Of a DNA stretch of 64,000 bases, positions 44,720 to 54,187 are shown one piece after another; positions within the stretch are counted from its first letter, which is position 1, and each line of letters opens with the position of its first letter. Below the pieces are notes generated by a model that saw only the letters and a list, made by a program, of their open reading frames with translations, was not told where the DNA came from and did no database searches. The stretch spans positions 1 through 64,000 of the IMG/VR virus record IMGVR_UViG_3300037140_000174; one strand, 5' to 3'. Made by a program: the position numbers and the translations under genes. This stretch comes from a virus.

Positions 44720-45183
44720 TTCTTGGTCATCCTCAAAAGCATGGCGTTACTTCTAGCTAGGTTTTGAGACAATTGACCTGTTCTGTTTCTCATGGTTGTG
44801 CTTATGATCTCACCCATCATTCCAGCCCCTTGTTTGACTGGTTTCCAAATTTTTAGGTTCTTACCAGAGGTAAGATAACCCAATCCTGATGGTTTATATA
44901 AACACTTATCCGGCCATTCGGGTTCAAGCTTATTGAGTGAATAACTTTCATATTCAGGAACTGATCGCATCCTGATGAATTGATCGTCAGCAATTAGGGC
45001 CTGCATAGGTTTACCCATATGAAGGCCAACACGCATCCTGATTAGGATTGTCTCTCGAAAACCTTTTAACCTAAGCGGTATTTCACCCCTATTGTTAGAC
45101 TCAAAGTGAGCCCATGTCATGCCCTTTGATCGGCGCATTTCCCTTTCAATTTCTTCAGCGGTTCTCATCTCTTTGGTTTCCAT
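44716..45183 (-). CDS. Hypothetical protein (paralog B)
   Basis: W.HFE...RGEI...MRVGL..G.P.QA shared with the next gene. Confidence 0.65.
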   Translation of the reverse strand: METKEMRTAEEIEREMRRSKGMTWAHFESNNRGEIPLRLKGFRETILIRMRVGLHMGKPMQALIADDQFIRMRSVPEYESYSLNKLEPEWPDKCLYKPSGLGYLTSGKNLKIWKPVKQGAGMMGEIISTTMRNRTGQLSQNLARSNAMLLRMTKK

Positions 45184-45539
45184 AGGGCAGTGAAGTGTTT
45201 CGGTGATTTGGGTGATTGTTTCCAGTCGTTAGGATATAAATTGTCATTGGGACAATTTGGGTTCAATTTAGTCAGCACACACTTATCGTCAATATAGTGT
45301 TGTGCTGATTTAGTTCGGATTATGTGCCCCCGAAATATAATGGCCTGTACTGGCCTTCCAAGGAACAACCCAACTCTCATATAGAAGGTATAACCGCGTG
45401 TGTGAATCTCACCCCTATGAGTGTTCTCAAAATGATCCCAGCTAAAATACTGACCAAGAATTGTCTCGATAGCTTCGATAAGATTCTTCTCATGCTCCTC
45501 TTTTGCGGCTTCCCAGTAGGCTAAGGCGGAATCGCGCAT
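45165..45539 (-). CDS. Hypothetical protein (paralog A)
   Basis: WDHFENTHRGEI..MRVGLFLGRPVQA. Confidence 0.65.
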   Translation of the reverse strand: MRDSALAYWEAAKEEHEKNLIEAIETILGQYFSWDHFENTHRGEIHTRGYTFYMRVGLFLGRPVQAIIFRGHIIRTKSAQHYIDDKCVLTKLNPNCPNDNLYPNDWKQSPKSPKHFTALWKPKR

Positions 45540-46027
45540 TTTAGAAAATCCTCGAAAAGCACTACCCTCAGGTTCATTTTTGGTACGATGATGATTGAGT
45601 ACTTCGGTAGCTGAAGCGCCTCAATGCCGGCCAAGGTTAAACAGGCTACGGTTGGCTGTCTATTTTGTTTTGCGATAAGCAGTGGTAATTTGCCATATCG
45701 CTTAGCCTGCATCTTAGCTTCGTTCCAGAAGTCAACTAAGTGTCCTCGGTTACTCAACAAACCAACATAGTCTAGGTTCGCGTATGCCTTTACCTCTACC
45801 ATGAATTTAGAGATGAAAATGTGGCCAGCAGGATGGATACAGGATATATCCCCAGCCTGTGCCGCCATACGCTTCCCTTTGGCGTGAGCCACTGTGGAGC
45901 GCCCACCACTAGTTGCGCTTCTCCAAAACACATCCTCCTGTTTGCCATCAGTTATCCACATAGATAATTTTGTGCATATTAATCTTTCAAATGAAGAACC
46001 CTTCCTTTTTCCTCCTCCAGAAATCAT
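45521..46027 (-). CDS. Holliday junction resolvase (Hjc-like PD-(D/E)xK)
   Basis: KGSSFER, GDI, VEVK motifs; ATGA coupling. Confidence 0.8.
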   Translation of the reverse strand: MISGGGKRKGSSFERLICTKLSMWITDGKQEDVFWRSATSGGRSTVAHAKGKRMAAQAGDISCIHPAGHIFISKFMVEVKAYANLDYVGLLSNRGHLVDFWNEAKMQAKRYGKLPLLIAKQNRQPTVACLTLAGIEALQLPKYSIIIVPKMNLRVVLFEDFLKCAIPP

Positions 46028-46551
46028 AATACGTGCTTCCAATGATTTCCTTTTAATATGCTTCTTAAGGTTCCTCTAGAAATTTCAAATTTAGCAGCCA
46101 AATTCTCCTGACTTATCCAAATCCCACTATCCCGTATTTTTCTTATTTCGCGTACTTTCTCAGGGTTCAGCTTCGTCTTATGATTCTCAAACCATTTAAC
46201 TCCAGGCGGATTTTTATTCGTCCCATTTCTGACACTATCTTCATGATTGTGAGTCTGGGTCCCCCATTTCAGATTTATTTCTGAATTATTCTCTCTATTG
46301 TCATCCTTATGAAGGACGTATGGGTAACCATATTTATTTGGAACAAAATGTATCCCAACGAGGCGATGAACCATTATTTTTGTGCCTACGTTGTTCTTGT
46401 ATAGTGTTACATACCTATATCTGCACCTCGTTCCAGGACCTCCTGATTGTTTCTTAGGTTTATGGGTACCAACACATCTAACATTTCCAATGTTCGAAAC
46501 TTCATACAGCTTCACATAACCTTGAATTGGTACCCATCTTTCTTTGATCAT
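46024..46551 (-). mobile_element. NUMOD4-HNH homing endonuclease
   Basis: W.PI.GY..LYEVSN.G.VR, VHRLV..HF, VLHKDDNRENN...NL.W.T...N. Confidence 0.88.
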
Positions 46552-46557
46552 TTAAGG

Positions 46558-46986
46558 CTATCCCTCCCGCCAAGCAATGACCCCGGACGTAGAACGCGGC
46601 CTAGTTCGTACCGCGTGACTGTCATTGCCAGATATGGCTAGGACTACTCCAGGTTTGATCACTGCAATGACTTTGAAGACATGGTGGGGCATTACCCCAA
46701 TAACCCCAGGAGCTGGCCCAGGGGCTGCATGACCCCAATGTTCCCAATTGCGGGCGAGATTATACTCAACCCCAGGATCGCTGCCAACAAGTCTACGCAT
46801 TTCCCAGCCACACCAAGCGGAAGGCCGACCATCACGGCTTGCCACGGCAACTTGTGAAGAGTGATGTACAAGTAACTTGTAGTGAGCGTGGGCTACAACA
46901 AAACTCTTACCGTGATGGTGGTACTTATGAGCTTGTGCTCCTGAGCTAATGAAAAGCGCGAATAGGATCAAAACTACGGTCCGCAT
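46558..46986 (-). CDS. Signal-peptide protein with CHAP/NlpC-P60-like Cys-His core
   Basis: AAGGAG SD; signal peptide; WCG...PAPG...HHV....ISGN. Confidence 0.6.
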   Translation of the reverse strand: MRTVVLILFALFISSGAQAHKYHHHGKSFVVAHAHYKLLVHHSSQVAVASRDGRPSAWCGWEMRRLVGSDPGVEYNLARNWEHWGHAAPGPAPGVIGVMPHHVFKVIAVIKPGVVLAISGNDSHAVRTRPRSTSGVIAWREG

Positions 46987-47009
46987 TCGTGTCTCCTTTT
47001 TAATGGTAA

Positions 47010-47116
47010 CGGCCTGCCCCGGCAGCTTACGAGATGCCTAGTGATACTCTCTACGAGACGCCTAGATCGTAAAGTGACCGTGAGCGGGGCCGGTCCAGGG
47101 CGTCTACCGTTTCGGT
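47010..47116 (-). ncRNA. Candidate structured leader with a 14-nt direct repeat
   Basis: tacgagaYgcctag at 47028 and 47052; nested inverted repeats ttacga/tcgtaa and gcccc/ggggc; ACCG-AAA-CGGT hairpin. Confidence 0.35.
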
Positions 47117-48139
47117 TTAACCATACTTTTTTCTTGTAGGCAAGAACGTGACTTCAATCTCAGACCAAGCCTTCTTAACCGCCTTTGACACCGAAGCTTG
47201 TTCTTTCCTGTAGTCAGTATTACTCAATTTATCAAGTTCTTTGAGGTAGTCCTTTACCTGTGCCTCAGAAAGGTCGATATCAGCTAATCGGCCCACTTTC
47301 TTCAGCCAATCAACTGATGCCCCCATATCGTCAATACCATAACCGAATATAAAATCGAATTCAGCTTCTCGGAATGGGAGCCCCACTTTGTTCTTCTTTA
47401 CCTTACCCTTTATCCCAACCCCGTAAGGACGCTCAACCTTCTTAATTGTGCGTTTGATTTGCCCCATATTGGCAAGCCACAGGATCTGACTTGCGTAGAA
47501 ATCCAATGCACGGCCACCTGAGCGTTTGTGCTTTTCCCCCATCATAGCTCCAATATTATCCCTGACCTGGGATATGATTAGGAGCAGCACTTTTGCCCGT
47601 TTAAGCTTTTCAGTAGTGGTTCTGAAGAACTGGCTTAGAGCCTTAGCCTTGGCTGTGCCATAGGTGCCCTTGCCAATGTCAGTTTCCATTTCAGTTTCAT
47701 CTGAAAGGGAATCAAGGCTATCAAGGATGTATATCCCAGGTTCACCACTTTTGATTTGTTTATCTAGGAACCTGTTTACGTCCCTGGCGAACTCTTCAAC
47801 CGTGACAAACGGATTATCAATATTGCCGAAATCAATCTTCTCTAACGGCAGGCCCATCGCAGCGGCATAGTCATGCTCAAAGGCAGCCTCAGCGTCGCGG
47901 TAAGCTGCAGCTCCACTGGGGTATGCCTGGACAAAATTGATCAATGCTTCAGTACCTAAGGCGGTTTTCGCGGTGCTCCGGTCACCCACAATGTTGGTGA
48001 CTTTCCCGAGAGCATATCCTCCTCCCAAGGCGCAATCAAGAACTGTGCAGCCAGATGGGATAAAGCTGATAGCTTCCTTATCTTCTGCGAAATAGGAGGT
48101 TTTCTCAGCTTTAAGTGTTGCCCTGGTTCTTTTGGCCAT
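47117..48139 (-). CDS. recA: RecA/UvsX-like recombinase
   Basis: SG...LD.ALGGG, GDRSTAKT, DAE.A, ILDSLD, ISQVRDNIG, SGGRALDFYAS, KNKVG.PF. Confidence 0.92.
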   Translation of the reverse strand: MAKRTRATLKAEKTSYFAEDKEAISFIPSGCTVLDCALGGGYALGKVTNIVGDRSTAKTALGTEALINFVQAYPSGAAAYRDAEAAFEHDYAAAMGLPLEKIDFGNIDNPFVTVEEFARDVNRFLDKQIKSGEPGIYILDSLDSLSDETEMETDIGKGTYGTAKAKALSQFFRTTTEKLKRAKVLLLIISQVRDNIGAMMGEKHKRSGGRALDFYASQILWLANMGQIKRTIKKVERPYGVGIKGKVKKNKVGLPFREAEFDFIFGYGIDDMGASVDWLKKVGRLADIDLSEAQVKDYLKELDKLSNTDYRKEQASVSKAVKKAWSEIEVTFLPTRKKYG

Positions 48140-48140
48140 T

Positions 48141-48389
48141 TTATCCGAACTTTGGTGCTTTATCGTAAGCAACCTTGAATGTTTCAGTACACACTTTGAC
48201 TAACTGTTCTTCTGTCATCAATGAATCTACGGCAAGCACTGAGGCTACATCAAGCATGGCGATTGTGAATAAGCGTTGAAATTGCACACCATCCAAAGTG
48301 TTCCCATTTTGCAATTTCATGAAAAGAGCTTTTAACTCTTCGACCAATTCACAATGCACGTTGTATAGCTCACTTTCTTTCATCGTCAC
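48141..48389 (-). CDS. Hypothetical protein
   Basis: Fills the gap on the operon strand. Confidence 0.55.
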   Translation of the reverse strand: MTMKESELYNVHCELVEELKALFMKLQNGNTLDGVQFQRLFTIAMLDVASVLAVDSLMTEEQLVKVCTETFKVAYDKAPKFG

Positions 48390-48573
48390 GCCTTTTCAAT
48401 AATTCAACCCAAGAAGTGAACCCAGCCCGTTCAATAAGCGCCGCTTGCTTTTCCCAACGCGCATAAGGAATCTCGTCATTCATGACTTCGTTGAGGGGGC
48501 GTTTGTCAGCCCATTCAGGGGTTCTCCCCGCCCTCCTCAACTGTTCTGTTCTGCGGTTAGTCGTCATCCTCAC
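48370..48573 (-). CDS. Hypothetical protein
   Basis: Fills the gap on the operon strand. Confidence 0.5.
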   Translation of the reverse strand: MRMTTNRRTEQLRRAGRTPEWADKRPLNEVMNDEIPYARWEKQAALIERAGFTSWVELLKRRDDERK

Positions 48574-49678
48574 TTTTAGATGACACCGCAGCGCGGCGTT
48601 GCTTCAGCTTATCCCTGATGCTTTGCTTCGGTTTCTCCTCAGGCTCATCTTCATCCTCAGGGTCAGCTACTGCCCTACGGCGCTTCGGCTTCTCCTCAGG
48701 CTCATCCTCAGCATCATCTTCAGGCTCAGGCTTTGCAGCCGCACGCCGTCGTGGCTTCTCTTCAGGCTCGTCATCATCAGGATCAGGCCGCCTACGCTTC
48801 GTCTTTTCCTCAGGCTCATCTTCATCTTCAGGATCCGGCTTCAGTGCGGCCCTACGGCGGGGCTTAGGTTCATCCTCGTCATCATCAGCCGCACGGTCAC
48901 GCTTCCCACGTGCAGGTTTTTCGTCATCATCATCCTTGTCAACCCTGACATGCCCATCAAACACTTCAGAAATGTGGGCATAGTCGTGGTATTCAAGGCA
49001 ATCCGGAACTGGATTCTCAGCTACAAATTCCAACCAATCATCCTGAAGCTTCTCGTCGTCATGAATAGGTGACTTGGCCTGAAGCTTCATTTTTGAGGCT
49101 GGGTACTTTGTGGTCATTCCGGTTCCTTCCTTATAGAACCGGATATCACATCCCTCTTCAGGGTCATCCACAAAGATTGCTTCTTTCGTATCCTCGTCAA
49201 GCGATAGATTACAAAAATCCTTATCCAAGGTGAAAGGTGCGTCCCAAAGCTGAGGACCTTCATCTTCATCAAGGCGGTCAATGACCCACATCAAAATGCG
49301 GTGCCTAGGCTGAAGCGCCTTAGCCGTCTTTTCATCTCCGTCAGCTTCAGCTTCCCTACGGGCCTCAGCAATTGGATCTTTGGCACTCTCAAGCTGCTTC
49401 AGGTCAGGGTACAATTGTTTCATCTTTGAAATGCTGAGATAGCTCTGGTTATCAACGCCAATGCCGTAATTGACGTGGATATCAAAGCCGTAATGCTTCG
49501 CACCTTCCCAGGTGGGGGGCAGGATGCGGATCAAGTTCTTACCGTCACGCACCTTATACCGCTTGAATTTTGACTTGATGTAGCTGTCGAAGCTACCCCC
49601 GCGCATGTTGGCACGTTCACGTACATCTTCACGCGAACGCTCAGTATAACGGAACGACCTTTTAGCTTCCTTTGCCAT
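48557..49678 (-). CDS. Single-stranded DNA-binding protein (gp32-like) with repetitive charged tail
   Basis: G.N.IRILPP, DPI.E, DDPEEGCDI...KEG.G..TKY; acidic C-terminus; next to recA and uvsY-like genes. Confidence 0.75.
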   Translation of the reverse strand: MAKEAKRSFRYTERSREDVRERANMRGGSFDSYIKSKFKRYKVRDGKNLIRILPPTWEGAKHYGFDIHVNYGIGVDNQSYLSISKMKQLYPDLKQLESAKDPIAEARREAEADGDEKTAKALQPRHRILMWVIDRLDEDEGPQLWDAPFTLDKDFCNLSLDEDTKEAIFVDDPEEGCDIRFYKEGTGMTTKYPASKMKLQAKSPIHDDEKLQDDWLEFVAENPVPDCLEYHDYAHISEVFDGHVRVDKDDDDEKPARGKRDRAADDDEDEPKPRRRAALKPDPEDEDEPEEKTKRRRPDPDDDEPEEKPRRRAAAKPEPEDDAEDEPEEKPKRRRAVADPEDEDEPEEKPKQSIRDKLKQRRAAVSSKSEDDD

Positions 49679-49823
49679 CACCGGCACCTTTCGATTTGTT
49701 TACGAGACGATCCACGAAGTTTTCCTTTTCACGATAAAAGGAAGCAAATATGGCATTAAACATGAGCCACACAATGCCTGCCAGCAAGCAGGCAAATCCA
49801 AGCCATTCCGGAATACTCCTCAT
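49662..49823 (-). CDS. Small single-TM protein (53 aa)
   Basis: Translated by hand: MRSIPEWLGFACLLAGIVWLMFNAIFASFY...; ATGA coupling. Confidence 0.55.
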   Translation of the reverse strand: MRSIPEWLGFACLLAGIVWLMFNAIFASFYREKENFVDRLVNKSKGAGDGKGS

Positions 49824-50299
49824 CCCTTATTCTCTCTATTCAATGCTAGCCGCTTACGACGCTGTTGGTAAGTGAAAGTATCAGTCTCATTGGTTCCTTT
49901 CACTGAGCTTTCCTGAAAATACCCCGTTACGTGAAGCTGCACCAAATCCCTCAGCATATACGAACGTTGAGAAAATGCATCCTTCAAAGCTGAGAGCAAT
50001 GCTGCTTCCTGAACTGCCTTAAGGTAAGCTTCCTGCGCCTTTTTGTGCTTTGTATTCGTCTGTATTTGACCCTTTATAAGGGCTTCAGTGATCTTTTCAT
50101 CCTTGAACTGATTGCGTACAACGCCATCAAGTTCTGCATCAACTACCCCAAGGGCCTCCTTGAGTGAATCCCGCTGAGCAGCCGCTTGCACATAAGCTTC
50201 GGATACGCGCCACAGAAGCATTGGCTGTTGCATGAGTTCGTCATCAAGCGATGACTTATCAATCCTCAGAAGGCTCTTAAGTTCGTCTATGTCGGTCAT
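49820..50299 (-). CDS. UvsY-like recombination mediator
   Basis: L.ID...LD.E...QP, KITEA.I, AF.QRS.ML..L; helical. Confidence 0.7.
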   Translation of the reverse strand: MTDIDELKSLLRIDKSSLDDELMQQPMLLWRVSEAYVQAAAQRDSLKEALGVVDAELDGVVRNQFKDEKITEALIKGQIQTNTKHKKAQEAYLKAVQEAALLSALKDAFSQRSYMLRDLVQLHVTGYFQESSVKGTNETDTFTYQQRRKRLALNRENKG

Positions 50300-50314
50300 G
50301 TTTATTAATACGTC

Positions 50315-51265
50315 TTAGCGGTCCAAATCCAACGCCATGGCCACTGAATGAAGCAGCGGTGCGAAGCGATCAGAAGCTGCGTAGGGTGTTAGAAACGGCT
50401 CAAGAACTGCAAGCAGGGGCTTCACTTTTTGTTCGCTGTTGGTATTCAGTAGAACCACCATCAGGTAATTGACGATGTTTATCCTGATGCTTTCAGCATC
50501 CAACCTACCATCCAGGTCCTTGATAATTTTGATGGCTGCCCCCCATGAGCGTCCTTTGTTGCCTATCAACATGCGACACAGGTCAATGACTTCCTTATTT
50601 TGACCACCACTTTTGATTACTTCCCGTGCCTCAGAAGCAGTTTCACAGAACGTGCAAGCTTCAAGGAATACTAGGGCCTGTCGTGGGCTCCCACCACAGC
50701 CCTCAGCTATGGCTTCCAGCACTTCATCAGATTGGTCAATTTTCTCTTGGTCAGCTACTTTGGTTAGTAGTTCGAGAATTTCCTCTTCAGGAACTGGCTT
50801 TAATGCGAACTCAACACATCTGGTTTTTATTGTCTTGGGAATTTTGCCCGGCTCAGTAGAGCACAGAACCCAGTAAACGTGATTTGGTGGTTCTTCAATT
50901 GGCTTTAAGAGGATGGTCCAAGCCGCAGCACTAAGACGGTGGCACTCGTCAACGATAATAACTTTAACAGGTGAGGAACCAATTGCACGGAACCTAGTAT
51001 GTTCCACAATTTTGCGCATGTCATCAGCGCCAGAATTGGCTGCTGCGTCTATCTCTTCAACATTTTGTTGAGTAGCTTCACCCCCACACCAGACGTTAGC
51101 CAAAACACGGGCCAGGGTGGTCTTTCCGGTCCCAGATGGGCCGGTGAATATGAAGGATTTGGCACGTTTATCCTTCACTATGCGCTTGAGTGAAGCGACA
51201 ACGTCGTCCTGCCCAATTACTTCTGTGAAGGTCTTGGGCCTATAAACCGTGTGAAGGGATGTCAT
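50315..51265 (-). CDS. dnaX: Clamp loader AAA+ ATPase (DnaX gamma/tau-like)
   Basis: YRPKTF.EVIGQ, GPSGTGKTT, IDAA, IVDECH.LS, IEEPP, TIKTRC. Confidence 0.92.
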   Translation of the reverse strand: MTSLHTVYRPKTFTEVIGQDDVVASLKRIVKDKRAKSFIFTGPSGTGKTTLARVLANVWCGGEATQQNVEEIDAAANSGADDMRKIVEHTRFRAIGSSPVKVIIVDECHRLSAAAWTILLKPIEEPPNHVYWVLCSTEPGKIPKTIKTRCVEFALKPVPEEEILELLTKVADQEKIDQSDEVLEAIAEGCGGSPRQALVFLEACTFCETASEAREVIKSGGQNKEVIDLCRMLIGNKGRSWGAAIKIIKDLDGRLDAESIRINIVNYLMVVLLNTNSEQKVKPLLAVLEPFLTPYAASDRFAPLLHSVAMALDLDR

Positions 51266-51271
51266 TAAAGC

Positions 51272-53878
51272 CTATACGTCCCGGTGTGACCAAAATTTCC
51301 CTAATGGCTCTAATTCAGCCCAGTTCTTGCCAAGAGAAATTTCGATAGATAATGGGACGTTAATCCATTTATAATCGAACTTTAGCATCTGTTTCATGAT
51401 AATTTCTAATGCAGGCTCAAGAAGCTTTTCATCTTCAGGAATGAAAAAGCTTAAATCGTCATGCACGTTCAAAACTGGGTGCATGTACCAGTTTCCAGAT
51501 TCTGACGCTATTATGGATAGCCTATTCATGGCGTCACACACCAATTCAGCCTCCGCACCTTGAATCGGCATATTCACTGCTTGATTCCTGGTCAGTGGGT
51601 AGTTGTGCCGCCTTCCAGTGAGTGTCGTAACATATCCCTCATCATAGTAGCGTCTCATGGTCTCATCTTGCCAAGAGTGGACGCCGGCAAATATTTTCCA
51701 GAATTCATCCATTAGGTCGTCCACATCACCTTGATCTACGTCATACTCAGTGGCTGCCGTCAGATACCTTTTGACTGATGTGGAAGCAGCACCAAAGAAA
51801 GCGGGGAAAACTAACTTATTTTTTATTAGAGATCTAAAACCCTTCATTATTTTTGCGTCTTTAATGTTTTCTTTGCCCCCTATGAGCCCAGGGGCTTTGT
51901 GGGCTGCTTTTAGAGCCCATTCCATATGGATGTCGTAGTCCTCCCAAAGAGCTTTCACCAAGTATTTGTCGCGTGAGCACATAGCCCCGGTGCAAGCTTC
52001 TAGCTGCCCATAGTCCACAGCCACCATCAAGTGCCCTTTAGGTGGAACAATTGACTTCCGTACCCAAGAATCATTTCTTTTTGGAAAGTTCTGAAGGTTT
52101 GGCGAACTACTACTCAGCCTGCCGGTCTCCGTAAATGTGGTGTTGAATGAAGTGTGGAGCTTACCGTCAGGATAAATAATATCTCCAACCCCAAGCTCAA
52201 GCCCATCAACGTAGGTGGATTTGAGTTTGGATTTGTTCCTAAGTTCGACAATCAGCTTAGCCAAAGGGTGGTCAATTTTATCCAACACATTTTTGTCAAC
52301 GGAATAGCGAGTGTTATTTTCTTCAACAATTGTCACTTCCTTACGCTTAAGATAATCTCTGAAAAGCTTGATTGCATCTTCACCCAGTGGGTTGAATTCT
52401 TTATTATCCAGTACATACTTTTTGACCACCTTAAGATCATGGATCTTGGCCATGATCAGATTCACTTCACCCTCAAGCTTTTTCTGTGAACTCTTTATCT
52501 CGTCTTGATTTACAATCACACCTAGGCTTTGCATGATTGCAACAGTGCATTGCCTAGGGAGTGCTTCTATGTAGGCATCATAAACCTGAAGCTCTCGCAT
52601 TATCTCATTTTGAGTAACCCAGAGCTGAAGCGTAATCTTAGTATCTACCCCATTGTAGATCAGTATTTCACCTAGGTCAGATTTTGACATATCCTTCTTA
52701 TCAAGCTTGAAGAAGCTTTTGTAGGAAGTGCCAAAATACTGCTTACATAGGAAATCTAGTTTTTGATATGGAGAAGCGTGATCTTCTTCACTGTTGCCTT
52801 GTTTGCCTTTACGCTCATCAATGAAATGAGCCTGCATCATGGTGTCTTCCCAGACATCATGCCTGACTACATCTTTAGCGTAGAGCCAGATGAACCACTC
52901 TAATTCAAAGGGAGCATTGTGAGCTATCTTTATAGTGTCATCACGAAGTATTCTCTGAAACTCAGCACCAATTTTCAGCTTCTGCTGATCTGTCCATTTT
53001 GACTTAGGGTGATCCCAAGCGAAGGCTACGTGGGTAGCCTGAAAACTAATTGCCATCGACATGATGGCGGCCCCTTTGCTGTACGGCCTCAGCCCTTTGG
53101 TCTCAATATCTACGGCTTTGACCTCCGCTTTCTTTGCCTGCTGAAGCAGACCCATCAGTAACGCGAAGTGCCCAGGTTCAGAACCGTCAAAGCACTGAAT
53201 CCCAGCTCGCATCTGATCTTCAGTCGGGATGGCAGTAGCAGCACGAAGTTTTGGGGCCAATTCAAAAGCCCGCTTCAAATCCATTTTGAAGCAATGACCC
53301 AACCTTGATCGTAATGGCTTCTTTTTGTCATAAGCCATTTTAATCAAGTCAGTAGGATCATAGGTGGGCATGAAATACCCCACCCACTCACCTATTTTGA
53401 CTTTGAAGATGCGTCCACGCATCCCTACGAGGTCATTTGACCCCAAAACCTGGGATAAGGCACCGTGGCCTAGACCGATTATTAGCTTTGGATTTGCTGT
53501 TTCAATACTCTTTGTGACTAGTGGACGGCAACACTCAGTTTCCTGCCATGATGGCTTCTTAGTGTAGTCACGCACTACGTTGTCAAAGGAGCAGAATTTA
53601 AGTGTCTCTTCAGGTATTTCTGCAATGTGCAGATTGCCAAACGGTTCCCCAGATTTATCGTCAGCTTCAGTAGGCCCGCTCCCTAGGAAGTAGACGAGTG
53701 TATTTTTAGCCAAAATAGGGGCCATTTTAGGCGTGGTTACGTCCGCCTTGTTAAGCGGGCAGGCGGCACAGCCAATGCGTGACAGCGTCTGGGCGCTGGC
53801 CTTACCCCCCGACGTTGGACCCCTACCAGTGGCCTTTGCAATGGGTTTACGGGCCGGTTTGGTGAAGAAAAATGAAAT
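51272..53878 (-). CDS. polA: Family A DNA polymerase with N-terminal UDG-like and 3'-5' exonuclease domains; proposed ATT start
   Basis: DIET, HNAPFE, TGRLSSSSPNLQN, DYGQLE, NMPIQG, NVHDD; the 51 open codons upstream of ATG 53725 contain CAACPL and begin GGAGG-N7-ATT. Confidence 0.92.
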   Translation of the reverse strand: MSFFFTKPARKPIAKATGRGPTSGGKASAQTLSRIGCAACPLNKADVTTPKMAPILAKNTLVYFLGSGPTEADDKSGEPFGNLHIAEIPEETLKFCSFDNVVRDYTKKPSWQETECCRPLVTKSIETANPKLIIGLGHGALSQVLGSNDLVGMRGRIFKVKIGEWVGYFMPTYDPTDLIKMAYDKKKPLRSRLGHCFKMDLKRAFELAPKLRAATAIPTEDQMRAGIQCFDGSEPGHFALLMGLLQQAKKAEVKAVDIETKGLRPYSKGAAIMSMAISFQATHVAFAWDHPKSKWTDQQKLKIGAEFQRILRDDTIKIAHNAPFELEWFIWLYAKDVVRHDVWEDTMMQAHFIDERKGKQGNSEEDHASPYQKLDFLCKQYFGTSYKSFFKLDKKDMSKSDLGEILIYNGVDTKITLQLWVTQNEIMRELQVYDAYIEALPRQCTVAIMQSLGVIVNQDEIKSSQKKLEGEVNLIMAKIHDLKVVKKYVLDNKEFNPLGEDAIKLFRDYLKRKEVTIVEENNTRYSVDKNVLDKIDHPLAKLIVELRNKSKLKSTYVDGLELGVGDIIYPDGKLHTSFNTTFTETGRLSSSSPNLQNFPKRNDSWVRKSIVPPKGHLMVAVDYGQLEACTGAMCSRDKYLVKALWEDYDIHMEWALKAAHKAPGLIGGKENIKDAKIMKGFRSLIKNKLVFPAFFGAASTSVKRYLTAATEYDVDQGDVDDLMDEFWKIFAGVHSWQDETMRRYYDEGYVTTLTGRRHNYPLTRNQAVNMPIQGAEAELVCDAMNRLSIIASESGNWYMHPVLNVHDDLSFFIPEDEKLLEPALEIIMKQMLKFDYKWINVPLSIEISLGKNWAELEPLGKFWSHRDV

Positions 53879-53881
53879 GTC

Positions 53882-54187
53882 TTAGCCTCCAATTCTGGCT
53901 TTGACTTTTTCTACATCATCCCCAGTTTTGAGTGGCTTGCCGTCAATCAGCATTTGAGATACTTTATTTATCGCGTAGTAGACAGACGAGTGGTCACGCT
54001 TCCCAAACCTCATGCTGATATCCCGCAATGATCGGAAGGTTAGCTTACACATGCAGTACATGGCGATGTGCCGCCAATAAGTGACGCTGAGTGTCTGTAC
54101 GTCTGGAGCCACCAACACATCTATCGGAATTTCAGCGATTTCCGATACTGCATTTAACACGTCATCAATTGTGACGGTTTTGATCAT
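53882..54187 (-). CDS. DnaA C-terminal-like HTH protein
   Basis: RHIAMY......SL.DI...FG.RDHSSVYYA..KV. Confidence 0.8.
   Translation of the reverse strand: MIKTVTIDDVLNAVSEIAEIPIDVLVAPDVQTLSVTYWRHIAMYCMCKLTFRSLRDISMRFGKRDHSSVYYAINKVSQMLIDGKPLKTGDDVEKVKARIGG

Noticed and set aside
53879-53884. Stop read-through fusing the DnaA-C HTH to the polymerase (same frame)
   Set aside because: TAA is rarely read through, and a well-spaced GGAGG before ATT explains the extension more simply
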